Positions 13,722-37,906 of a stretch of 64,000 nt of DNA are shown here, piece after piece. Both the position numbers and the translations under genes were made by a program. Positions within the stretch are counted from its first letter, which is position 1. Each line of letters begins with the position of its first letter. The DNA is from Tubiluchus corallicola (lineage: Eukaryota > Animalia > Priapulida), in NCBI GenBank assembly GCA_030141605.1, contig JAQGDQ010000064.1, positions 672,116 to 736,115 of the forward strand, given 5' to 3'. The notes beneath the pieces were generated by a model. That model saw nothing but the letters and a program-made list of their open reading frames with translations. It searched no databases and was not told the DNA's origin.

Positions 13722-15298
13722 ATGAAAAGTGAAGGTAAGCACGCAATGCAATACAATAGGCCGAATTATAATGTATAAAAATTCACAAACTACGGAGAAT
13801 CCGTGCGACTGCTAGGTACAGAAGAGAACATGTTTCACCTTTCTGTTCAATTTTGTACTTTTCCTTGTAACGTCGTTTTTATCAAAGTTGTGTTAAATCT
13901 AAATTATCTAATTTGCAAAGTAAAATCTTGCAAGGCGACGAAACATGCGAAGTAACAATACGGGATATCTTAAAAGCATCTTTTTACGAAATCCATCTGT
14001 AGCGAAGATAAAAATTAAAATCCTTCATTTCTTGTATGCAGCTCCATTGAATCGTACAGAGACGCCCCCCAAAAAGTTCATGTTGCCAAGAAAATATTAA
14101 AAATTTCTGCCAAGTTTTTAAACATAATTTCTTTTTTTGATAATTAGGATTACAGTTCATTCATAAACTTCATGTCTCTTCTATTGGGTGTTTTAAAAGC
14201 CCCTTTCTAACTTGATTTTCAATTTCATTTGCAGTTAACTTGTTAAAGGCTAAAATTATATTCAACAGTTGAGATGTCTTAGTTTCATGTTTTGTGCCAT
14301 TTTCTTTTACTACCATGCTAACATGTACACATTGGTGATTGTGGGTAGTATTTGGATACCCTTATGCACCAGATAGAAACACCATCCTTGTCAGAAATCC
14401 GTGGAGATAGAATCGTAAAGGGCAAATTGGGTTCGACCAGGAAGACGTCAAAATGGGTGGTGTGAGGAGACTGTCGAAACTGTCAATGAGGCCAAGTGGT
14501 CATGCACGTGCGCTTCACTACCGGAGCCAGATCAAGGCTGATCAGTGAATGACTCGTGATTGCTTGAGTTCAAAATTCACGTTGGTCAATTTCATCATTG
14601 GCAGAGGATGTACTGTGTATACATTCTGTTTAACTACTAATTATTCTTTTAGATTTGAAAAATGTTTTTATCCTGCATTATTCTATATTAGCTCACAGAA
14701 AGCGTCATTATGCCTGGCTGTTTTTTAGTCTTCTCACTGTTTTATGAATATAATTATTTTCATTATTGCTAACGTGATTCAGAGTTAATGTTAGTAAGTA
14801 CAAAACATTTTTCGTAACCTTGAATACATTGTTGTGTTATGTGAAAATTTTTATAAAAACTAAGTGGAAAGAAAAGTAATTACAACAAAATTTTTCAATA
14901 TTTTGCACAATGTTACGTGAATGCTCATGCACGTGGTTAATCAGTTTATTTGTATACTTTAGTCCTGGAAGCGCTCTCGAAATGCAAAGAACATTTTGCA
15001 AATGTACAACCTTCCCTGTCTTTGCAGAAAAATAACATTGACTTCGTGTAACTTTGGGTTCTAAGTGTCTTTACTGATATTTCAGTCTACTTTAATTATC
15101 AGGTTCTTGCCTTGTGATTATATGCATGTGCAACGTTACACACATACACATAAAAATAATGTGTTGCCTTTAAGCTCGTTCCAAGCGTTTTGTTTACATT
15201 GAATAAGCTCAACATGAAGTTTATTTGAACAAGATACGGAGGGTCGCCATCATCTTCAAAGCTGCTCCACCTCTACCAAACGCTGTTATAGATTGCAG
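13722..15298 (+). CDS. Candidate first two coding exons of the GGT gene (13722-13734, 15208-15298)
   Basis: ATGAAAAGTGAAG|GTAAGC (phase 1) and AG|CTCAAC...GATTGCAG|GTAATC (phase 2) join in frame to the phase-2 exon at 19267, giving MKSEAQHEVYLNKIRRVAIIFKAAPPLPNAVIDCRLSKGAALV... Support is splice-phase compatibility only. Confidence 0.3.
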
Positions 15299-17025
15299 GT
15301 AATCCATGATTGTTGTAATCTATGTTATGTGGAATGTAATGAGAAAGTGGTTTGCCAGACACCACCTCCATTAGCAACAGTAAACCGTAAGTCAATAAAT
15401 TTACTGTGAGTTTATTTGTTGTTGGCTTTAACATTGTATCTTTGTAAGCATGTGTAAGGAACAGATTCTACGTAATTTCCCACTCACGATAACCTATTTA
15501 ATATCAGCATAATAACGGCATAATAGTGCTTGTAGTAGTAATCGGCCTTTTTCTAATAATCATTGTTTCCTTATCAATGTAAAATATTAAGAATATATCT
15601 TTACACTCATAAATTATATCAGCTCTTATAATTGCAAATAATAGTTATACTACTTTCAATACAGAACTTGCTTGCGCGAAAAAAGCTTTAAACAGAAAGT
15701 TCAATCAGCAAAAGCCCATTAAAATTTCGTGAACTCTATAAGAATTTTTGCCACTTCAGTTAATCCTTTTCAAGGCTTTGGCCATCTTTGGTAAAGCGAT
15801 CTAAGTAGTTGGGTAGCCGGGGAAGGTTAGACAGCGAGCAGTACAGATTAGTAGGCTAATAATAAATTTCTTATTTTGGGCCCTCATGTACATAATACTA
15901 GCATAAGATTACTTTTGAAAATTAGTGAAAGTTGGTTTAAAAATTAGCAACGCAAGTTATTAACATCTTATAGTCTTCTTTCTAGAAGCAATTTTGGTTA
16001 TAATAAGGTAACATTTTAAACGAGCTATTTTCTAATTGATTTAATCAGGTCTATCTAGTGACACAGTTACCTACCTTAAAGGTATGCCTACTTCTGTTAA
16101 TTCAATAATAGTTTTAGTAGACCGCGACACCAGTACTTGTTAAAATAGCATGCTGTCATCTCTTAAGTTGAAACAGGATGTATTACGAGCCGGCGGGGCT
16201 TTAATGTTAGAAACAAGCGTAGTAGCTAAAACTGAATGTAGAAATTGCTAAAGCTGACAATATTGTATACATGCAGTAAGGCATAGTTGCGGATCACGAA
16301 AGTACAACTTTGATCTGGTTTTAGAGGTGATATATGTTTTGTGATTGTTGTTAAACCGTAAACAACCGTTAAACGTTTGTAGCACTATAGAATTATAGCA
16401 AGTTTTATTCAAAATTATGTTGTGTGCAGTAACCACAATGCGTTCATAGAAACAAAATAATAAAAAATCTTCTGTATTTTGCTATAATATTTTTCTTCTA
16501 TAATCTTCCGATTTACGTTATTTAGAAGTTGAAACCGGTCACAGCTGTAGCCCCACCCAAAAAATTTTGCTCTTTAAATCGAAAGATACACAGACGTCTA
16601 CTGTTTGCATTCATTTTAATTTTAGATGTTGTACGAGCTTGTATCGTCAATTGCTGCCAAGTAAACAATGGGTGAAGGTGGTTTTGGGTGAGTTTATCTT
16701 TATATTGTATTTTAATCAATAAGAAAGTTAAGAATGAAAATGTGAAAGGTTTTTCGATAACAAATGCAATAATTATTAATGACATGTTTGTTCTACGTGA
16801 GACGAATATTAGCTCTTGCACTTTACCTTTATACTGTATAAGAGAAATTTAAGGGTGGCGGAAGATGTTTATTTGTTTTGAGTTCAGAACTTGTGTACAT
16901 AGATGCAATAATTATAAATGAAATGACTGAACAATAAATGCAGTGCAACATGGCAGTGATGTTTGTTGCACCGTGGGAAGAATATTGCTCTTGAAGTTGT
17001 GTGGGTGGGAGTACAGTACCAATGA

Positions 17026-17035
17026 GAGAGCAAGC

Positions 17036-17103
<68 letters not shown>

Positions 17104-17150
17104 GGAGAGAGAGAGTGAGAGAGAGAGAGAGAGAGAGAGGGGGGAGAGAG
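17026..17150. repeat. (GA)n microsatellite
   Basis: Direct reading. Confidence 0.95.
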
Positions 17151-17430
17151 AATTTTCAAAATTAGTAAAACGCAGGAATTATTCCTGAATTTTTATACCA
17201 CAGTCGCTCAGTGTAATAAGCAATGACTGTAATAATCATAAGGCTGCCTTGGAACTTGTACGCTCCCAGGCTGATAATTTTTCACTATTTTGTTTCCTTA
17301 TGATCTAACATGTCCTTCTCAAGATAGAAAAAACGTATCGTTAAGAACTTGATCATATCTACCATGCTAAATTAATTACCATAAATAATTAAAATTATAC
17401 AAAATCAAGTAAAAATTGTTGAATTGTGAC

Positions 17431-18742
17431 TGTAATGACCCAGAATAAATCATTGAGCCGTACTTTGACTTGCAGACAAACATTAAGCTTTATTTTCGTA
17501 TTTTGACACCAGCTTCTCTTTACTTATGTTCACTAAGTGTAAATTGTTTCTAGATTATTACATTCAACTAGGTAGTACTATTTGTTAGTTTAGGGAATGT
17601 TAGTTACCCCCCCCCCCCGGGTTGGGTTGAACGTGTAACTGTACGATTGTGCATTTAATCGGATTGAAGCCAAACGCATAGATTTCTGTACGTTCATGAC
17701 GCTGATTTCACGGACACGGGATATGCAACTAGACTTTGGTTGGCTAAACTGCGTTTTTACGTTTTACCTGATTGTCCATGAGCTGACGTTTGAAAAGCTA
17801 ATGATCTGTTTGTGGTTGTGGAAGATGTCCACTCATTGGTTTACATGGTTTTGCTGATCTTACCATGCCGGGAAGATGTCGTTTCGGATCATGTGAGAGC
17901 ACCGTCGTGCAATTGGATAGGTGCCCAGCTCGATAGTCCATCGCATGGGACGGAGAAGTCGTCACCGACCGGGTAGGAACTTTATGCCAATAAACCGGAA
18001 GGCAAAGGTACCTGTTTATTTACGTTTTCGTTAATTGGCGCCAGAGGGAGAACTTGTTTTGATGTGAATTTCCGAACGCATGTGTGCCTACAGCTCCGTT
18101 CACACGTCACCCTTTTGTTAGACTTACGTTGAAACAGTCAGGTACGCTTCCCTCAGACTTTTGCGTCGTTACTGTGGTAGTCGTGAACCCGTTAGATGAA
18201 GTCTGAACCATACTTCAGTCGTTCTAAAGGACTATGACCACAAGCTACACTTGTCTGGAGAAGATATTATGCTAGCGTACGCATTTTGGGGTGGCTGGTA
18301 GAGTAAGTAGGAACCCTTTAAATAGTTAGGAACACTGTATGATTTTTGTATGTTTTGTCATTGCATTTATTTCATGCCATGCTGTTTAGTAGCGTTTTCA
18401 GACTTATTTTTACTTATTACTAATTTCCATTGTTTACAAAAAGCTCAACTATACAACTGTTTTTGTTTGTGTCTTTAAACTTAATATATTGTCATTTATT
18501 CGACTGGTTACAGTTTGGTTTTTGAGGTATGGAAAGCCTGTTTTTAATCCATCACAATAACAAAAGAATCCCTGCTATTTAGGTAGAGCCCCCGTAGAGT
18601 CTGCCTACGCTCAGTTACTGCCTGTTTCCTTTAGTGGGCAGTCGGTTAGTACCCCTAGCTCGGCCAAGGAACTGATCGAACTTAGCAGCGACTACCATTA
18701 ATTGGCCCCTATGGTTTGCCCCTGTATGCACGGGCCATTACA
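17431..18742. mobile_element. Solo LTR (1312 bp) of an LTR retrotransposon
   Basis: Termini TGTAATGACCC...GGGCCATTACA (11-bp IR, 1 mismatch, TG...CA), flanked by a perfect 5-bp TSD GTGAC (17426-17430 and 18743-18747). No coding capacity. Confidence 0.85.
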
Positions 18743-18952
18743 GTGACCTACTCGAAAAATACCAGTAGAATTCATCCATAAATGAACTCAGCTTCATTAG
18801 ATACGTGCGATATAGACAAGGATCTGAAAGGCATAAACTAGGTAATAGATAGGTACTACCTGATTTTTTTTGTTTTGAACAATTCAGCGATAAGAAGCAA
18901 TGAAGCAAAGTTGAACAATAAAGAGCAACAAAGAAGAATTTCAAAGGGCACA

Positions 18953-19170
18953 ACAAATTAAATTTTGAAACCAAACATGAAAAACTGGAAATGTGAAGAG
19001 TCTAGACACAGCCTGGATTTGAATCAACAACATTTTACTTACAATTCAGATGTTAGACTAAGACGTCTGCCTTCTGCTTTGCAAGCAGGAAGTCCATGGT
19101 TCAAATCCAAGCTCTTTTCCAACTTGTTATAACTCTTGTTTTTCACGTTTGGTTTCAAAATTTAATGTGT
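18953..19170. mobile_element. Palindromic element with two head-to-head tRNA-like B boxes
   Basis: A 33-bp IR (ACAAATTAAATTTTGAAACCAAACATGAAAAAC versus GTTTTTCACGTTTGGTTTCAAAATTTAATGTGT, 2 mismatches) encloses GGATTTGAATC (minus-strand B box) and GGTTCAAATCC (plus-strand B box). Confidence 0.6.
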
Positions 19171-19266
19171 TTTAGGTTTGTTTCATCAGCTATATTGATC
19201 TTGAAGTTAAGATCATAAATAATTAAAAATTTTAAAATGTTTTATCTTTCTTTTACTTTTCTTTAG

Positions 19267-30729
<11,463 letters not shown>

Positions 30730-33700
30730 AAAGTTGCAAAACCGACTGTTTAGAACAGTCTACAAGATACTGTTCGCATGAGTGATAATTTGAAAATAAG
30801 CTTGCCTTCTCACGAGTTGAGCAGTGTGCACCACGTGCAGCATAGCAGAACTTTAATAGTGAAAATTTACCAGCAAATTGAAAAGTATTTGAGAAACAGA
30901 TTTTATAAATGTTTTCCGAAAATGCCGGTTATAACGCTACTATTGGCAACTGTATCGAGGATAATTTAATGGCCACCAGATGGAATGTGCCAGTCAGTCA
31001 TTTGGAACATGCACAAGTAATAATCACAGCAATAGATTCATTGTTCACATAAACATTAATTATATTATTATTTAATAATAGAATGTGGATTGGAGAATGC
31101 TATGTATATAGCCTGTAATTTAGTCCAACGTTCAAGAGAAAAAAGTTAAGCATGTATTTAAAATATTTTCGTGGTGCTGGAAGTGGGTGTACTTTTTAAT
31201 GCATTCATCTGACAACAATTAAAAATGGTTTCACAACAATTAAATGAAACTTGGCTTGGCCGGTAATTCCATTCTGAATGTCTTTACTGCCTTAATGCAT
31301 TGCTGTGGCTGCTTTCATACACAGCACATTTTTAAGCACCTTTAGTGCTCTCTATTACAACTGGATAGTATTTAGTCAGTCTCCTTTGGGTAAAACTTAA
31401 CCAATCAATTTTTGAATAAATACTCAGAATATTCGGATGTGAATGTAATTATTAACTACGTTACATTATTATACTCAGAACGCTTTCATTTAGTAAAGAA
31501 AAGCAGTCTATCGTAATATTGTGCAATCTACTAAAGCTAATAAATAATTTGTAAACAGACAGTAAATTTTCATTTTAAAGACCAGCAATTTCAGCAGGTA
31601 ATAATAAAGATAGATACAAAAAAATAAATTTAAATGTCGCTGGTTGTTTATATGAACAGAAAAATAAAAAGCAAACAAGAAACGGTATATGTAAGGAAGG
31701 CAGGTAACATTGGTTTAAGGATTTCGTTACTTTTTACAAACAACATAGACGTGCTTGTAGATTTATTTTTAATGACAAAATTTTAATCACAATTTTTGTG
31801 CAATAAAAAAACATAAATGCAACTATTGTTAATATTATTCCTTTCAACAACAATACAGAAGGTGATGTGAAAATGCTAAATCATAATCACTACTGCATTA
31901 CCAGATCCATTATTGAAAGCAAGCTCGTTGATGAAGCACATTTTAAACAACATTTGCATCATCAGCATTAGTGTCTCCATAGCATTTATCATCACCGTGT
32001 GAAAAACGATAAGAACGACAGTATCAGTAACAACAAAAGAAACAACGGAAAGAACAATAACCACACAGTTTATGGATCAATTACGGATTTTTTTAAAACA
32101 ATTCTGAATCCTGCAAAGTGAAATCTGCTATTTAACGTAATCTCTACTAAAACTGGATGGTGGTGGAAAAGACAGGGCTCATTATTAAGGTTAAGACTGG
32201 AGAAGCCAGTGAAGGTCATCTTGGCTATATTTGGGTGCGTGTAATATATGTGCTTTATGCATATCTTTCCTCTGTGAGATAAATGGCCAGAATAAGCACG
32301 AAGAATGAACCAGCCTAAAGACAGAATCGAAGGGGTTCATTTAATCATTGTTATGTTATTCATTAATGTTAATTGACATTGCTCTGTTGTGAAACTAAAC
32401 ATCAACCCGCCAATATTCATCCTTTAAGAGTTATAAATTAACAATCATAAACTAATGTCATAACAGCAACTATCCAACATTATTATATAAAGTTACTAAA
32501 ATATACAAAATTGTTATTTTAATGTAAACACTAAATTGTGCATAATATTACCCTTGTAAAAACAGAACACATTCGAAATATTTTGTTTAGCAAACAGTTT
32601 TTTGAATCATTACTATGGCTGTCACATAATTGTTACAATAATTTTATAGACAGAGAATAATATAGTCAGAACAGTTCACATGATCAGATATCATGGCACA
32701 ACTCAGATAACCAAATAACCCAAAAAATTTAAAAGTACACAAGTGTATGCAAATATGGTGTAATTAAACAGACAATTTCTACTTCCCATCAAAACTAATA
32801 ATTTTCTTCAGTTCCAAAGTAGACAGTATAATGAGGTTTGACTAAAACAAATCTGGTACTGCTGATTTGGTATGCATCATGATTTAGGCCAAATTTTACA
32901 GGCACGCCAAATGTTTAAAATTGCAAAAAATAATTGTTATAAAAACATGATATAAGCGTAGTCAAGCTAATTATGAAAATCAAGTTACATTATTAAATAA
33001 CCAGATATAATAGTCTGGTTACATTACAGCTGGCATACTAAGTATAATGTAATGTATACCATAATTAATTATATAAATGAAAACATTTTTCAAAATAGCT
33101 GCTCTTATACATGTACTATGACGAGTCAATTGATATATATAATATATGTATACATACATACATACATATATATATATACTTTAGTTAGTTTAGTACATGA
33201 CTAAATTATTATGGCTATAGTACATTATTATGACTAAGTTACATAAACGGATTATTCATTTATGTAATTTTTCCAAATTCCCTGATAAAAAAAATGTCTA
33301 AACTTTCACCATAAGACCAATTCTAATTTTCTGTGTATAATGTAGTCTATGGCACAGTAAATACTAAATGCGTTATTATGATATGAACACAGCTTTATAG
33401 TTAAACGATAAAAAATTGAAATACTACATAGTTGAACTTATAATTTTAAAACAGCAACAGTCTAAATTCTTAGCTATGTAAACTAAATAAATACCATTTA
33501 AGAAGTCTGATGACAGTGAAATATGAGGGAACACAGCCAGAAACTTAGTTTCCACTAGGATTCCATGAAAAACAACATTAGGATTTAAATGAAGTAGTTA
33601 TGAGCACTGCTGTGCAATTCAGTAGATCTAGCTAGGTGTATAAAGCAAATGTGTAAACTGCTATGCGCACGCACGCACGCACTCACACACAATTCATAAA

Positions 33701-34859
33701 CAAAGCTTAAAAATTTGTTTTCCCGGTCGTTAAACAAAGAATTGAAGCAAATACGCAGATAACATTATGAAATGTTTGAAAAAATAATTACAGCATTTGT
33801 AGTGCAGTAGCGTACAGTTCACTAGCTAAGCAAATGCGTAAATTAGGCCTACTTAATATCATTAAACAAACAAATTGTACTGATATTGGGTATGCAATAA
33901 CTGAAAACTTTGCCTTACACGTTGCTGCAATTTCAAGTAAAATCTGCAAATTTACAATTTGCTGTCTGCATATCTTCAAAAATTCACTGTCAGCAATGTG
34001 TAAAACTAGTGCAGATTATGCATCCACATGTCTGCAAAGCTGCTATCCTCAAATCTCTGATAAAGAATAAGAACTATCTTTTCCAGTTACACAAGTTCAA
34101 CCAGGCGTGTGTAATGCTAAGTAACATAATTTCCACAGTTTTTTGGGACATTTCATTTTGTCCATGAAGCTTCTGTTGGAAAAAAATCAATAAAATCATT
34201 CCATCGATAAAGTGATTCCATCATAGCTAAACTGTCAACCACACACCCGAAGTAAAAAGGAGTATACGCGAGTTAAAGCAATCAAAATTAATAGTACATG
34301 TTCTGCATAATCGGAATAACATTTATACATACAAACTTGATTAAACGTGATTAACCTTTAGTCTCTAGAAAACAACAGGAATGTAGCAACAGCTGCTTAG
34401 GTGAATTATCATAATTAACATGATCATATGCCCATTTACATCTATTGTCGACAGTGAACATGCAGAACTCTAAAATAAAAGAAATTTGCCTTCAAGACAG
34501 GTAAACATGCTAGTCATCCAGCAAAAAACTGGACACTGCTATGCCAGTGGTTTGTCATCACCACTTCCGACCAACCAGCAATTATATCTCTACTAGTTCA
34601 AAACTCACAAGTGCGAATTATGGTAACAAATTACTATTTTCTGCACAGTATCAATAATCAATGTTGGAAGTTTACTGTAACAAATCTGTGATTGGCTGTG
34701 TGACAAGATATATAGCTGAATGTACACATATTTTGCGCATAAAGGGAAATATGCTGATGTGTATCGACATATCAAAAATTCTCAAGAAAATATTATACCT
34801 ATAATTATATAATACATATATGTTTATATAATAATATGTTTATATAATTATATAAAAAC

Positions 34860-35780
34860 CTATTGTATAACACATCCAGCTCGAATAGGTCGTACTTTAA
34901 CGGCACTACGTCGAGCACTATCCACAGTATTAGCTAATAACATAGCAACTGTCATAGGCCCAACACCACCAGGTACAGGTGTAATCCAGGATGCTCTCTG
35001 TTTAGCACTGTCAAATTCTACATCTCCAACCAATCGTTGACCACTCTTTTTGCTTGCATCAGGAATCACATTGATTCCACAATCAATTACAACAGCTCCT
35101 GGCTTGATCCAGTTACCTTTCACAAGACCAGATTTACCAGCAGCTACGACGACTAAATCAGCACGAGACACGACCTCTGCCATGTCCTTCGTTCGAGTGT
35201 GACACGTTGTTACAGTAGCGTGATTCCACTTGAGAAGATCGGCCATTGGCGAGCCAACAATTTTACTTCTCCCAACTACAACAGCTTCAGCACCTTTTAC
35301 TTCAAATTCACAATGCCGGATCAGCTCAAAGCTACCACGAGGAGTGCAAGGTATAAAACAATCACTCAAATCTCCACGAGCTAGTTTTCCAGCATTTAAA
35401 GCATGTAAACCGTCGACATCTTTCTCAGGGGCCACTGCATTTGTAGCAGCATCGTCATCAATATCCTCTGTAGTATCAAGCGGAAGTTGCACAATGATGC
35501 CATGCACATTATCATCAGCATTTAATCTTTCAATTTCCTCTAGTAGAGTAACCTCATTTGTAGACCTTGGTAATTTCACATGCCACGTTCTCATTCCAAT
35601 TTCATCAGCTGATTTTAGCTTAGATTTTATGTACACATTTGAATCTTTTCTGTCACCAACCTGAACAATAGCCAAACCTGGTACAACATCAGCATTAGAT
35701 TTCTTTAAAAGTGCTACCTGTTCTGCCAGATCATTCTTCACCTTTTTTGCTACGAATTTTCCATCAATTAACTGGGCCAT
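34860..35780 (-). CDS. MTHFD1: Methylenetetrahydrofolate dehydrogenase/cyclohydrolase (D/C domain of MTHFD1-type C1-THF synthase), single coding exon, no synthetase domain
   Basis: 306 aa with LAIVQVGDRKDSNVYIKSK (YxxxK), VHGIIVQLPL, PEKDVDG, GKLARGDLSDCFIPCTP, VVGRSKIVG, WIKPGAVVIDCGIN, TPVPGGVGPMTVAMLL. These match the cytosolic MTHFD1 N-terminal domain rather than MTHFD2, and there is no mitochondrial leader. A splice acceptor TTTTTTAG| at 35807 lies 27 nt before the ATG. Confidence 0.88.
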   Translation of the reverse strand: MAQLIDGKFVAKKVKNDLAEQVALLKKSNADVVPGLAIVQVGDRKDSNVYIKSKLKSADEIGMRTWHVKLPRSTNEVTLLEEIERLNADDNVHGIIVQLPLDTTEDIDDDAATNAVAPEKDVDGLHALNAGKLARGDLSDCFIPCTPRGSFELIRHCEFEVKGAEAVVVGRSKIVGSPMADLLKWNHATVTTCHTRTKDMAEVVSRADLVVVAAGKSGLVKGNWIKPGAVVIDCGINVIPDASKKSGQRLVGDVEFDSAKQRASWITPVPGGVGPMTVAMLLANTVDSARRSAVKVRPIRAGCVIQ

Positions 35781-36989
35781 TTTGTTTGGATTGTTTGTCA
35801 GGTCAACCTAAAAAAAGTAAAAATAGATCAATAATGTAAACACAATGAAAAACAGCTTGCTTCGCAGGAAGCATTTTCAAATGGTAAACAAGACAAATTA
35901 TAAATCTGCAATCACTAATAACTCGCTACCAGTACTGCTTGGCTGTTTATGTGCAAATACAATCAGCAACTAACGTTACACTAAAAACGAACTAATCTAG
36001 TATTAGTAACAATAATTACTAACATTTGTATCACGGCGAATACTATTGCCAACCAAAATCAAAGAACTGCCTTCAAGACAGCCTCTCATTTGAATTTAAG
36101 CACACAGCAAGTTTTTGAATCTTGCCACATCTTCCAAAACTGATTTAACATTTCTTCAGTGAAAGCAGTTCAAGCAGAGAAGGACAACTTACCTATTTCA
36201 TCTATCGTCGTCCCGATGTTCAAGGTACCTGCGGCATGGCCATGTTACACCGTGTTTACGCAGTACACATTTTTTATTCTTCTACTTTTATTACCAACTT
36301 TTATTACCAATACCAAGAACAGATTATGGCTACACTACAGTACTCTGGAGCACTATTGTACAACAATATCTATGCTAATCTGAAGTTTAAATCATCAAAA
36401 GCACAGCTTAGAACTGCAAACACTTTTAAATTGGTCGAATATGATATATCCCTTTAATTTAAATAACTTTTCTTAATTTTAAATGGACGTCAGATTGTTT
36501 AGGATTATTTATAATAGTGCGTTTTAGAACACTATAAATTTTATCTTTAGCCTTAAGCCTAGTTCTTTTCAATAATCATTTAGTTTGCTTTGTTTGCACC
36601 TTGCAAAAGCAAAATTTGTATACAGTAACAGTATTGGGACTACATGTGTACAGAAGGCATAATAATGTCCATGTGAGAGATCTACTATACCAAGTTGGAT
36701 GGACACACAACAGAATATTGGACCAATCAGATTTTAACAAAATTAAATCATAGTCATTATTATTATTATTCTATCTGTATCCATCCTCACAGTAGTTGCA
36801 AAACAGTGGTGTTAACTTAATCAAGTTATTTTAATTTTACATACTATTAAAAAATAATAGTCTTTCTATTTTTTTATATCATTCCATATATGAGTTTCAT
36901 TCATTACATCATTCCATTTTAAGCACTAACGTTTTTTTTATCACGATTCACTTTAAATTTTCAGATTATCTCCATTACTTTTTTTTTCT

Positions 36990-37200
36990 CTATCACTGTG
37001 TGGGACAATCTAACAAGCCCTGCTTTTTGATTGCCCACAACACATTTACATTCGTGTATAAGTAAATAGTGCTTGAGGCTTTTCTGAGCGGTATTTTTTA
37101 TTTGTATTATATCCATTGTAGGCCCTTTCACTGATATTGTATATGTAACCTGTAAATGTGTATGGTGAAATAAATGACTATGACTATGACTATGACTATT
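36990..37200 (+). mobile_element. 3' end remnant of a CR1/L2-type LINE or related SINE
   Basis: Stem-loop (GTGTGGGACAATC...GATTGCCCACAACAC) followed by AATAAA and a (TGACTA)n tail. Confidence 0.45.
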
Positions 37201-37674
37201 ATTTATTGTTATAGTTACCGTTGTTGTTGTTACTTTTTCTTATTATTTTTTATTTATTTTAACATTATTTCATGCATTTGAAAATACAGTACATAGCATC
37301 ATACAGATTAAAACAGTCAGCTATACTAGAAAATTACAATAGAAACTACTAAAATATTTACATATATAGACACACACCCAGACACAAGACATAAATATGC
37401 AAAACAGATCGTTAAGAAACAATTCACAGACGCAAAAAAAAACAATAAAAGTCACAGTTTTAAAAAGATGTTGGTCGCCTAGTGCAAAACAGTTTGCAGC
37501 AATAGGTATATAATATATAATTGTATTATGATATGCAGAGTAAACATACAGTTTTCTTATCAATTATAATTAGGTAGTTCTGCCAACCCGCATATATAAA
37601 GGACCCTGTTATCTTTTTTATAATGATTTCATAATTAGGAATATTAAAATTTACAAATTGTCAATTTATTTACA

Positions 37675-37906
<232 letters not shown>

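Noticed and set aside
14370-14625. GC-richer exon-like block
   Set aside because: The frames I read from its candidate splice sites hit stops on both strands, and no family was recognised. Probably a TE fragment.
16884-17188. ORFs rich in SL/ER repeats (also at 20988-21682 and 24611-25007)
   Set aside because: These are translations of GA/CA microsatellites.
19075-19115. tRNA gene
   Set aside because: Only a B-box/T-arm-like motif is present, with no full cloverleaf. It is part of the palindromic element.
34860-35780. Horizontal transfer of bacterial folD
   Set aside because: The sequence carries animal MTHFD1-specific segments (GKLARGDL.DCFIPCTP, IDCGIN) and has a spliceosomal acceptor upstream.
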